Shown in pieces: positions 8,623-19,560 of a stretch of 64,000 nt of DNA. Numbering within the stretch: position 1 is the first letter of the stretch; the number at the start of each line of letters is the position of its first letter. The notes beneath the pieces are model-generated. The model saw only the letters and a program-made list of their open reading frames with translations, was not told where the DNA came from and did not search any database. Source of the stretch: a virus; the IMG/VR virus record IMGVR_UViG_3300027804_003127, one strand, 5' to 3'. Position numbers and translations under genes: made by a program.

Positions 8623-11616
8623 ATGGCAACAAACCCAACAATTCAATTAAAAAGAAAAACAACAAGCGGTACACCTTCTTCTTTGTCTATAGGTGAACCA
8701 GCTGTAAACACTGCTGATAATCAGCTTTTTATAGGCGTAAATTCTTCTGGAATAAAATGGGTTGGCGCTGAAATAGAGAATAGCTCAACGAACGGTACCA
8801 CTTGGAGTAGTGATTTAAAGTTGGCCACTAAGAAAGCCATTGGAGATTATTTTGCTCCACTTTCAGGGGCAATTTTTACTGGAGACATTACTCTTTCAGG
8901 TGGATCTGATATAAGATTCAGAGAAACAGGTGGCGGAACTGACTATGTTGCTTTTCAGGCTCCTTCAGCTGTATCTACTGGAAACGTAACTTTAACTCTT
9001 CCTGGTTCTTATGCAGCATCAGACGGCTATGTATTGTCTTCTACTACTACAGGAACTTTAAGTTGGATAAGCGCTGGTTCTGCTTCTAGTGTTACGATAA
9101 CTGAGGCTTCTAGCAATGCTTCTTATAATTTAGTTTTTACTGATGCTACTTCTACAACATCTGCAAGTCTATTTATAGACAGTGATGATTTAATATCTTA
9201 TAATCCAAGCACAAATCTCTTGACATTAGGGGGAGATCTTGCAATAAATGGTGCTGACATAACTACTACAGCCACAGGCAATGCAACTTTATTCGATTCC
9301 AGTGCAACTGGCGTATATGTTGGAACTGGTGCTGCTACAGATGTTAGAATAGGAAAAACAGACAATACAGGTACAACAAGAATTTATGGTGATTTAGCGT
9401 CAGCAAAAGGAGCAATTACTACAAGTGCATCTACTGCTAGTATATTTAATACAGGGGCAACAACTCTCAATATCGGTGGTGCATCTACATCTACGACTAT
9501 AGGTAGCTCAGTTAGTGGTACATTAACTCTTGGTTCTCCTACAGTAGTTGGCCAGTCAACAAGCCAAGCTCTTTACAACACTGGTGCAACGACTATGAAC
9601 TTTGCTGGAGCAGCTACGGCTATAACTATGGGAGATGCTACAAGCGCAACAACCACTATAAGAGGTGGAACTCTTGTAGGTAACACTACAACTCAGAACC
9701 TATTTAACACAACTGCAACTACTCTTAATCTTGGAGGCGCAGCCACCACTGTTTCTATTGGTGCAGCTACGGGTACCACAACAATAAACAATGCAAACAC
9801 TGTTGTTACAGGAGACCTTGCGGTCAATGGTGCTGATATTACTACTACAGCTACAGGTACTGCAACACTTTTTAATACCAATGCAACAACGGTTAATATA
9901 GGCGGAGCTGCCACAAATATGACCATAGGAGCTTCAACTGCCACTATTAACCTTGGTGGCGGCACAACTGGCGCTACCGTTGTGATAAAAGGCAACCTTC
10001 AGGTAGATGGAGTAACTACAACAATAAATTCAACTACGCTATCCGTAGATGATAAAAATATTGTATTAGGTGCAGATAACACTTTAGATACTGCTGCTGA
10101 TGGAGGTGGCATAACTCTTAAGGGTGGATCTGACAAGACATTTAATTGGGTTGATGCTACTGACGCTTGGACCTCTTCTGAGCACATGAATTTATTAACA
10201 GGAAAAGCTTATTACATAAATGGAACTTCTGTTTTAAATTCAACAACTTTAGGTTCTACTATAACTTCATCTTCTCTAACAACAGTCGGAACTATAGCTT
10301 CTGGTACTTGGAATGGAACTGTAATAGGTCTTTCATATGGAGGAACAGGAAAGGCTTTAACTGCCGCTAATGGTGGAATAGTCTATTCAGATGCAGATAG
10401 TTTTGAAATATTAGGTGCTGGAACTTCAGGTCAGGTACTTACTTCTGGTGGCGCTGGTGCTCCAACTTGGACTACTCAGTCTTCTTTGACAGCAGGAACA
10501 ATAACAACTACTAGTGATAATACAAATGCAGTTAGGTATTTGGTATTTTCAACTTCAGCTGGAGCAGCAAAAACATTATATGTGGATGACACTACAGGGG
10601 TATTGAGCTATAATCCTAGTGTTGGAACTCTTACTTCAACTAATTTTGCTTGTAGCGCCACAACAGGTGTTGTTTCTACAAATATCATAAATTCATTCGG
10701 ATTAGACGGAAATGTTGTTATTACATCTCAGGGTAGCGATACTGGTGCTGTGTTGACCTTAACTGGCTCTGCAGCTCCTGGTGCAGAAAGCATTACTTTA
10801 GGTGCAGGTTCTGTGTCTATTCAAGGTAATGTAACAATGGGAGGTATTGCATCTTCAATAGAGTTGCCAACTACTTTTACTATTCAGGATTCCGCAACAG
10901 TTAGTAACACTTTAAATATAGCAACTGCTGCAACAGCTTCTGGAAACACTAAAACTCTTAATTTAGGAACAGGTGCTGCATCAGGTTCTACTACCACTAT
11001 AAATATAGGTTCTGCAAATGGTGGCACGACAACAATCAATAGCGCAAATACAGTTGTTTCAGGCGATCTTGCAGTAAATGGCGGAGATATAACTACAACG
11101 ACTACAGGAACAGCGACTTTATTTAATACTACTGCTACTACTATCACAATCGGTAGTGCGGCTGGTACTATAAACTTGGGTAATAGTACAACGGGTGCTA
11201 CTATCCGCGTAAGAGGTATTCTTCAAGTAGATGGAAACACTTCACTTGCGACAGTGACTGCTGGCACGTGGAATGGCACAGCAATAGGAGCTGCATACGG
11301 AGGAACTGGTCAAACTTCTTATACTGTAGGCGATCTTGTTTATGCTTCTGGATCAACTGCAATCAGTAAGCTTTCTGCTTCGTCTACTGCAGGAGCAGTT
11401 TTGGCAAGTACTGGATCTGCTTCAGCTCCAGAGTATAAGACGATATCATTTACAAATGGATCTGTAACTTCTGGATCAGGAACTTTAACTTTAGCGGTAC
11501 AGAATGCAGCGGCAGATAGTAGCACAAAAGGTATAGCTACATTTGACTCAACGCAATTTGATGATTCATCTGGACTAATAACTTTAGGCACAATAGACGG
11601 CGGCACTTACGCATAA
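8623..11616 (+). CDS. Long Thr/Ser/Gly-rich tail fibre
   Basis: N-terminal MATNPTIQLKR...GEPAVNT anchor domain, repeated GDLAVNGxDITTT / LFNTTATT units, VDDKNIVLG...GGGITLKG module, C-terminal IDGGTYA. Confidence 0.8.
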   Translation: MATNPTIQLKRKTTSGTPSSLSIGEPAVNTADNQLFIGVNSSGIKWVGAEIENSSTNGTTWSSDLKLATKKAIGDYFAPLSGAIFTGDITLSGGSDIRFRETGGGTDYVAFQAPSAVSTGNVTLTLPGSYAASDGYVLSSTTTGTLSWISAGSASSVTITEASSNASYNLVFTDATSTTSASLFIDSDDLISYNPSTNLLTLGGDLAINGADITTTATGNATLFDSSATGVYVGTGAATDVRIGKTDNTGTTRIYGDLASAKGAITTSASTASIFNTGATTLNIGGASTSTTIGSSVSGTLTLGSPTVVGQSTSQALYNTGATTMNFAGAATAITMGDATSATTTIRGGTLVGNTTTQNLFNTTATTLNLGGAATTVSIGAATGTTTINNANTVVTGDLAVNGADITTTATGTATLFNTNATTVNIGGAATNMTIGASTATINLGGGTTGATVVIKGNLQVDGVTTTINSTTLSVDDKNIVLGADNTLDTAADGGGITLKGGSDKTFNWVDATDAWTSSEHMNLLTGKAYYINGTSVLNSTTLGSTITSSSLTTVGTIASGTWNGTVIGLSYGGTGKALTAANGGIVYSDADSFEILGAGTSGQVLTSGGAGAPTWTTQSSLTAGTITTTSDNTNAVRYLVFSTSAGAAKTLYVDDTTGVLSYNPSVGTLTSTNFACSATTGVVSTNIINSFGLDGNVVITSQGSDTGAVLTLTGSAAPGAESITLGAGSVSIQGNVTMGGIASSIELPTTFTIQDSATVSNTLNIATAATASGNTKTLNLGTGAASGSTTTINIGSANGGTTTINSANTVVSGDLAVNGGDITTTTTGTATLFNTTATTITIGSAAGTINLGNSTTGATIRVRGILQVDGNTSLATVTAGTWNGTAIGAAYGGTGQTSYTVGDLVYASGSTAISKLSASSTAGAVLASTGSASAPEYKTISFTNGSVTSGSGTLTLAVQNAAADSSTKGIATFDSTQFDDSSGLITLGTIDGGTYA

Positions 11617-11703
11617 TAAAACAATTAAATACAATTAAAAATAAAATAGAAATCTCAAAAATTTCTATTTTATTTTTTGAGTCGATATAAGTATGGAGGT
11701 AAA

Positions 11704-11895
11704 ATGGAAGAAAAACTAGAATTTTATGAAAAATTTCTCGTACCAGTTTTAAAGAAAAAAATATATGACGTTCAGTCTATACTGTCTGATTTAGAAGCTC
11801 ATGTTCTTTTTTTAAAAGATAAGGTTTCTGCTTTGCAGTCTGAAAATGAAAGTATAAAATCTAAAATAAATTCACCTGGAGATTCTTATGAATAA
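11704..11895 (+). CDS. Small coiled-coil protein (possible fibre chaperone), paralog of the next gene
   Basis: GGAGG RBS before ATG 11704; FYEK.L.P.LK.K...SDLEAH.L. Confidence 0.65.
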   Translation: MEEKLEFYEKFLVPVLKKKIYDVQSILSDLEAHVLFLKDKVSALQSENESIKSKINSPGDSYE

Positions 11896-12163
11896 TGACA
11901 ATTCTTCAGAGTCGATTAGATTTTATGAAAGAGCTCTTATCCCGCTATTAAAATCTAAAAATGCAGAGATGTCTATAGCGATTAGTGAGCTTGAATCTCA
12001 TATATTACTTAAAAATAATAAAATTCAAGAACTGGAAAAAAGAGTAAAACAATTAGAAACAAAAAACAATTTTTATGAATCATCTATAAAATCAGAAAAG
12101 GTTAATGAGATAATAATTGAAGATATAAATACCTCATCTAAAAAAAGATCAAAAAAAGTGTGA
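11888..12163 (+). CDS. Small coiled-coil protein, paralog of the previous gene
   Basis: FYER.L.P.LK.K...SELESH.L. Confidence 0.65.
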   Translation: MNNDNSSESIRFYERALIPLLKSKNAEMSIAISELESHILLKNNKIQELEKRVKQLETKNNFYESSIKSEKVNEIIIEDINTSSKKRSKKV

Positions 12164-12172
12164 TATAATTGA

Positions 12173-14080
12173 ATGGCGACTAATCCAACAATAAAACCAA
12201 GGAGAGGTACTGCTGCTCCTGGAACTGGTTCTATAAGCCAAAATGAATTAGCTGTAGATACAACTAATAAGAGGATATATATTGGTGCAGCAGATGGCTC
12301 TGGAACCTTAATAGGCTCTGCTCCTGGTGGATCTGACACTCAGGTTCAATTTAACGACGGCGGTAATCTTGGTGGTGACTCTGGTCTTACATATAACAAG
12401 ACAACAGATACTTTGATAGCAGGCAGGGTAGAAACAACAGGATTTGAAGCAAAAACCGTTGGCGGTGATGAAGGTGGAGAAATATTATTAGGAAAGGCTG
12501 TAACAAATACTACTCTAACTGGAACTGGTGTTACCATTGATGTCTACCAGAATAGGCTAAGGTTCTTTGAGCAAGGTGGAACAGCCAGAGGCGCATATAT
12601 TGATATTAGTGCTGCAGGCGCAGGGGTTAGTACCAATTTAATAGCAAGCAGTGCCAGTCCTGGTGGTTCAGACACCTATGTGCAGTTCAACGATGGAAGC
12701 ACTTTTGGTGGCGATGCAGGTCTTGTTTATAACAAGACGACAGACGCGCTCACGATGCTTGGAGATCTCAACCTTAACGGCGGAGGAATAAAGACAAACC
12801 AAGGAACAATATCAATAATTCCAGCTACGGCAACTACCGTGAATTTTGCAGGTGCTGCCACCTCGCTTAATCTTGGAACTACCTCTGGCACTGCAACGAT
12901 AAGCAATCCAACACTTGTGGGTACCCAGTCAACCCAGTCCATTTACAACACAGTTGCCACAACTGTAAATTTTGCAGGTGCTGCAACAAGCATCACCATG
13001 GGAGCTACTACAGGTACTTCAAGTATAAGAAATCCGACTCTGCGTCTTGGTAACACTACTGGCACGATTTCAACAAACAGCGGAACTAGCAATTCCCTTA
13101 CTATCTCTCCCTATGGAAGTTTCATAGTATCTCCCACAACCTCTTCCCCTTCGGCGGGCGGATCGTATACAACATTAAATATAACAAATAGTGATGGAGG
13201 TCTTGGTCAAGTTCAGATAGCTGGAGGAGATCTGTACATAGGCTCAAAGACAGATGTATCAGAGGCGGGGCAGTCAGGTAATATAATTTTTGAAGGCGTC
13301 GATGATGCCAATGAACTTACTCTGACCGTCGCATCTCTTACTGCCGATAGGACAGTGACGCTGCCCGATGGAACAGGAACTCTCGCTCTTCTGGGAACTG
13401 GATCTACCACTGACGGAAGGATACCTTACTACGACACTACAACAAATACATTTTTGGGAGCTTCTGCGCTATCGTACAACGATGGAACTGCAACCCTTAC
13501 TTTGGATGCACATATAACAATTGGCGGAACTATAGGAACAACCAACAGTACTGTAAGCCTTCTTAATACTACTGCCACTACTATAAATTTCGGTGGTGCA
13601 GCTACAACATTCAACATAGGTGGAGCTTCATCTGCAACCATCAACTTAGGAAAGACAGATGGCACAACCATAGTGGACATGAACTCGTGCGTGCTGCGTG
13701 AAGTAGAGATGAGAAGTTACTTTGAGACAGAGGGTACAGCAACCTACACAGGGGGCATGACCCAAAACCTGTCTTTCGACCTGAGCACAGGAAATGTATT
13801 TGTGTATACAACCACAGGAGCAATAGCTACATTTACCGTAACCAACATACCTTCAAAGGCTAATACTGCAGTAGGCTTCACTGTTGTGCTTACATGTGGA
13901 AATTCTCTATATTCTGTTACATTTGATTCCTTTACTTCTGGTTCTGGTGTACCAGTATGGGCAGGTGGAACGCCTCCGACAGCCTCTAGTACCGTGGGAA
14001 GGACAGATATCGTTTCTTTTGTAACATATGATGCTGGCACCACATGGTACGGCATGGTCGGAGGTTTGAATTTCTTCTAA
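12173..14080 (+). CDS. Tail fibre protein
   Basis: [12 protein letters not shown]...NELAVDT anchor domain, two PGGSDTxVQFNDG repeats, C-terminal DLSTGNVF...WAGGTPPT...GTTWYG domain. Confidence 0.8.
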   Translation: MATNPTIKPRRGTAAPGTGSISQNELAVDTTNKRIYIGAADGSGTLIGSAPGGSDTQVQFNDGGNLGGDSGLTYNKTTDTLIAGRVETTGFEAKTVGGDEGGEILLGKAVTNTTLTGTGVTIDVYQNRLRFFEQGGTARGAYIDISAAGAGVSTNLIASSASPGGSDTYVQFNDGSTFGGDAGLVYNKTTDALTMLGDLNLNGGGIKTNQGTISIIPATATTVNFAGAATSLNLGTTSGTATISNPTLVGTQSTQSIYNTVATTVNFAGAATSITMGATTGTSSIRNPTLRLGNTTGTISTNSGTSNSLTISPYGSFIVSPTTSSPSAGGSYTTLNITNSDGGLGQVQIAGGDLYIGSKTDVSEAGQSGNIIFEGVDDANELTLTVASLTADRTVTLPDGTGTLALLGTGSTTDGRIPYYDTTTNTFLGASALSYNDGTATLTLDAHITIGGTIGTTNSTVSLLNTTATTINFGGAATTFNIGGASSATINLGKTDGTTIVDMNSCVLREVEMRSYFETEGTATYTGGMTQNLSFDLSTGNVFVYTTTGAIATFTVTNIPSKANTAVGFTVVLTCGNSLYSVTFDSFTSGSGVPVWAGGTPPTASSTVGRTDIVSFVTYDAGTTWYGMVGGLNFF

Positions 14081-17000
14081 TGGTTGGCGGATTAACAGCT
14101 AAAATAGCTGCACTTGCATCTAAAGCTCCACCTATTGTAATAGTAAGAAAACTATTTGCTTGGGGAAACAATTTTAGTGGAGCTTTAGGTCTTGGTGATA
14201 CAATTAATAGATCATCTCCAGTTCAAGTTGGAGCTAACACTGACTGGTCAGTATTAGCTTCTGGCAATCGTTTTAGTTTAGCCATTACAACAACAGGCAC
14301 TCTTTGGTCTTGGGGTAGAAATAATTATGGTCAATTAGGTTCAGGAAATACTACATATAGATCTTCTCCTGTACAAGTAGGCGCTGGCACTGACTGGTCA
14401 AATGTATCTACTTTTTATAATCATTCGCTAGCAATCAAGACAACAGGGACTCTTTGGGCTTGGGGGGCAAATGGTAGTGGACAGTTAGGTTTAGGCAATA
14501 CTACAAGTAGATCTTCGCCTGTACAAGTAGGTACTGACACTAACTGGTCAAATTTCTCTGCTGATTATTCTCACACTTTGGCAATCAAGTCAACAGGCAC
14601 TCTTTGGTCTTGGGGTAGAAATCATTATGGTCAATTAGGTTCAGGAAATACTACAGATAGATCTTCACCTGTACAGGTAGGTACTGACACAAATTGGAGT
14701 TTAGTTTCTTGTGGCCAGCATGCTTCATTTGCAGTTAAAACTGATGGTACTCTTTGGGCTTGGGGTAGAAACAGTTATGGTCAATTAGGTTTAGGTAATA
14801 GTACAAATAGGTCTTCTCCTGTACAAGTAGGCGCTGGCACTAACTGGTCAAAAATTTCTTCTGCGACTCGTCATGCTCTTGCAGTTAAAACTGATGGTAC
14901 TCTTTGGGCTTGGGGTAGAAATAATTATGGACAGTTAGGTTTAGGCAATGCTGCAAATAGATCTTCTCCTGTACAAGTAGGCACTGACACTAACTGGTCA
15001 AAAATTTTCGGATTACAAGATACTTCTTTTGTCATTAAAACAACAGGTAGTCTTTGGGCTTGGGGGAGAAATAATTATGGTCAAATTGGAAACGGTTTTA
15101 GTATTGTTACTGCAGTCAGCTCTCCAGTTCAGATAGGGTCTGATACTAATTGGTCTTTTGCTGATGTTAGTTCTAGTGTTTTAGCAATAAAAAACACAGG
15201 TACTCTTTGGTCTTGGGGGCAAAATACTAGTGGACAGTTAGGTTTAGGCAATGCTGCAAATAGTTCTTCACCTGTACAGGTAGGTACTGACACTAACTGG
15301 TCAAAAGTTGATATAAGTAGATATCATACTCTTTCCATAAAAACTAATGGCACATTATGGTCTTGGGGGCAAAATACATATGGTCAGTTAGGTTTAGGTA
15401 ATACTACAAATAGATCTTCTCCAGTCCAAATAGGTACTGACACTAACTGGTCAAATGTATCTGCTGGTAGGCGTTTTTCTTTAGCAATAAAAACTACAGG
15501 ATCTTTGTGGGCATGGGGCTTTAATGATAATGGCTATCTTGGTGTTAATGACATTACACGTAGATCTTCGCCTGTACAAGTAGGCACTGACACTAACTGG
15601 TCTGTTGTATCTTCAGGATATAGACATTCATTAGCAGTTAAAACTAATGGAACTCTTTGGGCTTGGGGTAGAAATACTTACGGAAAATTGGGTATAGGAT
15701 CTAGTGAACTTGTTTCAGTTTCATCTCCTATTCAAGTCGGATCCAGTACGGATTGGAGTAAAGTGTTTGCAGGAGGTGTAACGGGGACTAGTTTTGGAAT
15801 CAAGACTACAGGTACATTATGGGCATGGGGCTCTGGATCAAATGGAAAGCTTGGTCTTGGAAATACTTTAGATAGAGAAAGTCCTGTCCAAATTGGTTCT
15901 AGTTCCGATTGGGCTGATATAAGTGCTGGTTATTCAACAATGGCGAGGAAGACTGGAGGTTCCATATGGGCTTGGGGAAGTAACAGCTTTGGAACTTTAG
16001 GAGTTGGAGACACTACATATAGGTCTTCCCCAGTGCAAATAGGGGCATTAACAGATTGGGCTATGGTTGTTGGAGGTAGGTTACATTCAGCCGCTATAAA
16101 AACAACAGGTACTCTTTGGACTTGGGGTGGTGCATATGATGGAGCTTTAGGCAACGGTTCTGCCACAGGTCAAAGGAATAGTCCTGTCCAGATAGGTGCG
16201 CTAAATAATTGGTCAAAAGTAGCTTGTGGATGGCAGCATTGTTTGGCAGTTAAAACTGATGGTACTCTTTGGGCTTGGGGTAGAAACAGTTATGGTCAAT
16301 TAGGTTTAGGTAATACTACAAATAGATCTTCGCCTGTACAAGTAGGCACTGACACTAACTGGTCAAATGTTTTTTGTGCACGTGTAGGCTTTAGTTGTAT
16401 GGCAATAAAAACTAATGGCACATTGTGGTCTTGGGGGAATAATAGTAGAGGACAGTTAGGCTTAGGTAATACTGTAAATAGATCTTCGCCTGTACAAGTA
16501 GGCACTGACACTAACTGGTCAAAAGTTGCTATGGGCGGAAGAGACCCGATAACGGCTGGATATCATACCGTTGCTTTAAAAACTAATGGAACTCTTTGGG
16601 CTTGGGGTAGAGGCACTTATGGTCAATTAGGTTTAGGTAATACTGCATATAGATCTTCTCCTGTACAAGTAGGTACTAGTACAAACTGGAGCGATGTCGC
16701 AGCTGGATGTCATAGTTTATTTTTAAATACAAGTGGTAATCTATTTTCTACAGGAAGTAATTCTAATGGTCAGTTAGGGGTTAGTAAAAATAATGCAATT
16801 TCGCCTGTTCAGATAGGCTCTGATACAGACTGGTCAAAAGTTGCTGCGGGATTCAATCATTCATTAGCAATCAAGACAACAGGAACTCTTTGGGCTTGGG
16901 GTAGAAATAATAGTGGTCAGTTAGGTTCAGGTAATACTACATATAGATCTTCTCCAGTACAAGTAGGTACTGACACTAATTGGCAAAAAATAAATGCTAG

Positions 17001-17352
17001 TTATAATGTTAATACTTCGCTTGCAATCAAGACAACAGGATCTTTATTTTCTTGGGGAGTAAATACTAGTGGACAGTTAGGTTTAGGCAATACTACAAGT
17101 AGATCTTCGCCTGTACAAGTAGGCGCTGACACTAACTGGAATTATGCATTTGCTGGCACTAATAATCAAATTGCTTTAAAAACTTCTGGATCTATGTGGG
17201 GATGTGGGTCTAATTTATATGGAGTTGCATTAGGTTTTTTAAATAACAATTTGTCTTCACCAGTACAGATAGGATCTGATACTAATTGGAGTTCAATTGC
17301 TACTCAAGGTATATCTAGCTTTACTCTTGGAATAACCGAAAACATATCATAG
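14080..17352 (+). CDS. RCC1/BLIP-II repeat beta-propeller protein (21 repeats), probable receptor-binding adhesin
   Basis: 21 copies of [32 protein letters not shown]; start ATG overlaps the upstream TAA (TAATG). Confidence 0.9.
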   Translation: MVGGLTAKIAALASKAPPIVIVRKLFAWGNNFSGALGLGDTINRSSPVQVGANTDWSVLASGNRFSLAITTTGTLWSWGRNNYGQLGSGNTTYRSSPVQVGAGTDWSNVSTFYNHSLAIKTTGTLWAWGANGSGQLGLGNTTSRSSPVQVGTDTNWSNFSADYSHTLAIKSTGTLWSWGRNHYGQLGSGNTTDRSSPVQVGTDTNWSLVSCGQHASFAVKTDGTLWAWGRNSYGQLGLGNSTNRSSPVQVGAGTNWSKISSATRHALAVKTDGTLWAWGRNNYGQLGLGNAANRSSPVQVGTDTNWSKIFGLQDTSFVIKTTGSLWAWGRNNYGQIGNGFSIVTAVSSPVQIGSDTNWSFADVSSSVLAIKNTGTLWSWGQNTSGQLGLGNAANSSSPVQVGTDTNWSKVDISRYHTLSIKTNGTLWSWGQNTYGQLGLGNTTNRSSPVQIGTDTNWSNVSAGRRFSLAIKTTGSLWAWGFNDNGYLGVNDITRRSSPVQVGTDTNWSVVSSGYRHSLAVKTNGTLWAWGRNTYGKLGIGSSELVSVSSPIQVGSSTDWSKVFAGGVTGTSFGIKTTGTLWAWGSGSNGKLGLGNTLDRESPVQIGSSSDWADISAGYSTMARKTGGSIWAWGSNSFGTLGVGDTTYRSSPVQIGALTDWAMVVGGRLHSAAIKTTGTLWTWGGAYDGALGNGSATGQRNSPVQIGALNNWSKVACGWQHCLAVKTDGTLWAWGRNSYGQLGLGNTTNRSSPVQVGTDTNWSNVFCARVGFSCMAIKTNGTLWSWGNNSRGQLGLGNTVNRSSPVQVGTDTNWSKVAMGGRDPITAGYHTVALKTNGTLWAWGRGTYGQLGLGNTAYRSSPVQVGTSTNWSDVAAGCHSLFLNTSGNLFSTGSNSNGQLGVSKNNAISPVQIGSDTDWSKVAAGFNHSLAIKTTGTLWAWGRNNSGQLGSGNTTYRSSPVQVGTDTNWQKINASYNVNTSLAIKTTGSLFSWGVNTSGQLGLGNTTSRSSPVQVGADTNWNYAFAGTNNQIALKTSGSMWGCGSNLYGVALGFLNNNLSSPVQIGSDTNWSSIATQGISSFTLGITENIS

Positions 17353-17388
17353 GCAAATTTTCTTAGCCTATATCAAGGGAATAAATCT

Positions 17389-19173
17389 ATGATATACTTT
17401 TTAAGTGGATTACCGCGTAGTGGCTCTACTGTTTTATCAGCAATACTTAATCAAAATCCAAAAATATATTCAACAGCAACTAGTGGTTTAATCGAGTTAT
17501 TAGGAGCCGTATGTTTGACGTGGGAAAATTCTCCAACAACAAAGGCTAGCGGCGAAGATGAAGCAGAAGCATATCGAATGCTTAAATCTGTGATAGCAAG
17601 TAAATATGAAAATATAAAAAAACCAATTATAATAGATAAAAATAGAGGTTGGGTTAATCCTCAAATTATAGAAACTATGACGAATGTTCTTGGATTTAGT
17701 CCAAAAATTATAGCCACTGTAAGATCAACATCTGACTGCGCAGCTTCTTTTATTCGAGTCGCTAAGCCAGAAAATGTTTCAGATTTTCTTAGAAATTCAT
17801 CTTTAATTCAACACCTTAAATCTTCATATGCTGAATTAAAACAAGGCTATCATTCGTGTCCAGAAAATATACTATTTATAGATTATGACGATTTACTTAA
17901 AAATCCGCAAGAACAACTAGATAAAATTCATAATTTTCTGGGCATAGAGCCATTTATTTATGACTTTAATAATATAGACACTGAGATTGTTTCAGAACAA
18001 GATGAATTAGCTTGGGGGGTTTCTGGTCTTCACAAAATTTCACCTCAATTAAAAAAACAGCATAATGAAAATTCAAAAGATATACTTGCGCAGCATTTTG
18101 ATAGCTATGATCAGCCAAAATTTTGGAAAGGAGAAGAAAGAGTAGATAAGAAGAAAAAAATTGATATATCAGTTGAACTTTCTATGAGGGGCAATTTTGA
18201 AGAATCTTACAAGGTTTTATGTGAAGCTCAAAATGAAAATCCACTATGTAATAAAATAGCATTTAATATGGGTTGGTATGCATTAAGACATAATAAGTTG
18301 CAAGAAGGAATGGAAAATCTTGCAAAGGGTAGATTTGAGAATTGTTTTGGAAATAAAAAACCAAATGTGCCTACTCCCATATGGGATGGTAAAAAAATAG
18401 GCACAGTGTTATATTATCTTGAGGGAGGTCTTGGTGATCAAATACATGCCTTAAAATATATTAAAGATATTAATAAAAGAGGATGTGATGTAATAGTGGC
18501 GTGTTCAGCAGAATTATTTCCCATAGTAAGGTGTTGTGTAGGAGTAAAAATGATTATTGAACACGCAGCCGCAGGTGGTGTGTATCATGACTTTTGGTGT
18601 CCAGCAATGTCAGTATTAATACCTCTTGGATATGAGTATAAAGACATAGATGGAACTCCGTATATTTCAAAAACAAATAGTCCAAAAAATAAAATTCCAG
18701 TTATTGGGGTGCGTTGGCAGGGTAATCCTAAATTTGAGCATGAACAAAATAGAAAGTTTCCATTAGATCCTTTTTTTGATTCTCTTAAAAACGTAGAAGC
18801 AAATTTTGTATGTCTTCAAAGAGATGAAGGCGAGGAGCACTGTCCAGAATTTATTAAAAAGGTACCATTAAATACATGGGGACAAACTAGAGATGTTATG
18901 TCTAGTTGTGATCTCGTTATTTCTTCATGTACAAGTGTTGCGCATCTTTCTGGGGCAATGGGGGTAGAAACGTGGATAATAGTCCCAGTATTAAATTACT
19001 ATATATGGTCTTTTCCAGGAGATAAAAGTCCATATTACGATTCCGTAAGATTATTTAGGCAAAAAACTTTTGGATGTTGGGACAATCCGATCATGGAATT
19101 AAAAAAGTCATTAGAAACAAAATTTGGTATTAAAAATAAAGGGAATAAGCTATGCAAAAATATGTTAGAATAG
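17389..19173 (+). CDS. Sulfotransferase - TPR - GT9-like glycosyltransferase fusion
   Basis: PAPS motif GLPRSGST, IIDKNRGW; helical TPR-like linker; EGGLGDQI and CDLVISSCTSVAHLSGAMG (GT-B/GT9-like). Confidence 0.8.
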   Translation: MIYFLSGLPRSGSTVLSAILNQNPKIYSTATSGLIELLGAVCLTWENSPTTKASGEDEAEAYRMLKSVIASKYENIKKPIIIDKNRGWVNPQIIETMTNVLGFSPKIIATVRSTSDCAASFIRVAKPENVSDFLRNSSLIQHLKSSYAELKQGYHSCPENILFIDYDDLLKNPQEQLDKIHNFLGIEPFIYDFNNIDTEIVSEQDELAWGVSGLHKISPQLKKQHNENSKDILAQHFDSYDQPKFWKGEERVDKKKKIDISVELSMRGNFEESYKVLCEAQNENPLCNKIAFNMGWYALRHNKLQEGMENLAKGRFENCFGNKKPNVPTPIWDGKKIGTVLYYLEGGLGDQIHALKYIKDINKRGCDVIVACSAELFPIVRCCVGVKMIIEHAAAGGVYHDFWCPAMSVLIPLGYEYKDIDGTPYISKTNSPKNKIPVIGVRWQGNPKFEHEQNRKFPLDPFFDSLKNVEANFVCLQRDEGEEHCPEFIKKVPLNTWGQTRDVMSSCDLVISSCTSVAHLSGAMGVETWIIVPVLNYYIWSFPGDKSPYYDSVRLFRQKTFGCWDNPIMELKKSLETKFGIKNKGNKLCKNMLE

Positions 19174-19559
19174 AAAATAATGAGGTAAAAGAATGTGTAG
19201 ATAGTCTTCCAGAAAATGCAGTTGGTGATTGGAGAATTGCTATAGAGATAGATGCAGAAATAATTCAAAATAGACAAATTAGAAGTGGACACTACTTTGA
19301 TATTAATAAAAGTCCAGTTGAGATAGTCTGGACTGCCATTGATCTAACAATAGAAGATAGAAAAGAATATATTCTTCAACAGTTAAATCAAAAGTTTTAT
19401 AAAATTGTTAGCGAAGAATTATTAAAAGAATTTAGTGGTCAAGATTCTAATTTTTTACTTGTTCAATCATCAATACAGACGTATAGGGAAAAACGTATAG
19501 AAATAAATTCACTAACTACACATGAAGAAATAGATGTATTTATGTCAGAAAACGTTTAA
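19152..19559 (+). CDS. Hypothetical protein, possibly tail fibre assembly
   Basis: Operon position; MQKYVRIEN...LPEN...W pattern. Confidence 0.55.
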   Translation: MQKYVRIENNEVKECVDSLPENAVGDWRIAIEIDAEIIQNRQIRSGHYFDINKSPVEIVWTAIDLTIEDRKEYILQQLNQKFYKIVSEELLKEFSGQDSNFLLVQSSIQTYREKRIEINSLTTHEEIDVFMSENV

Positions 19560-19560
19560 T

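Noticed and set aside
9693-16511. Many short minus-strand ORFs inside the fibre and RCC1 genes
   Set aside because: Stop-poor antisense frames of Thr/Gly/Ala-rich genes, with no independent motifs.
14080-17352. Possible CRISPR array or DGR template/variable repeat pair
   Set aside because: The repeats are in-frame ~153-nt protein-coding units, the differences are not obviously adenine-specific, and no reverse transcriptase or cas gene is visible in the window.
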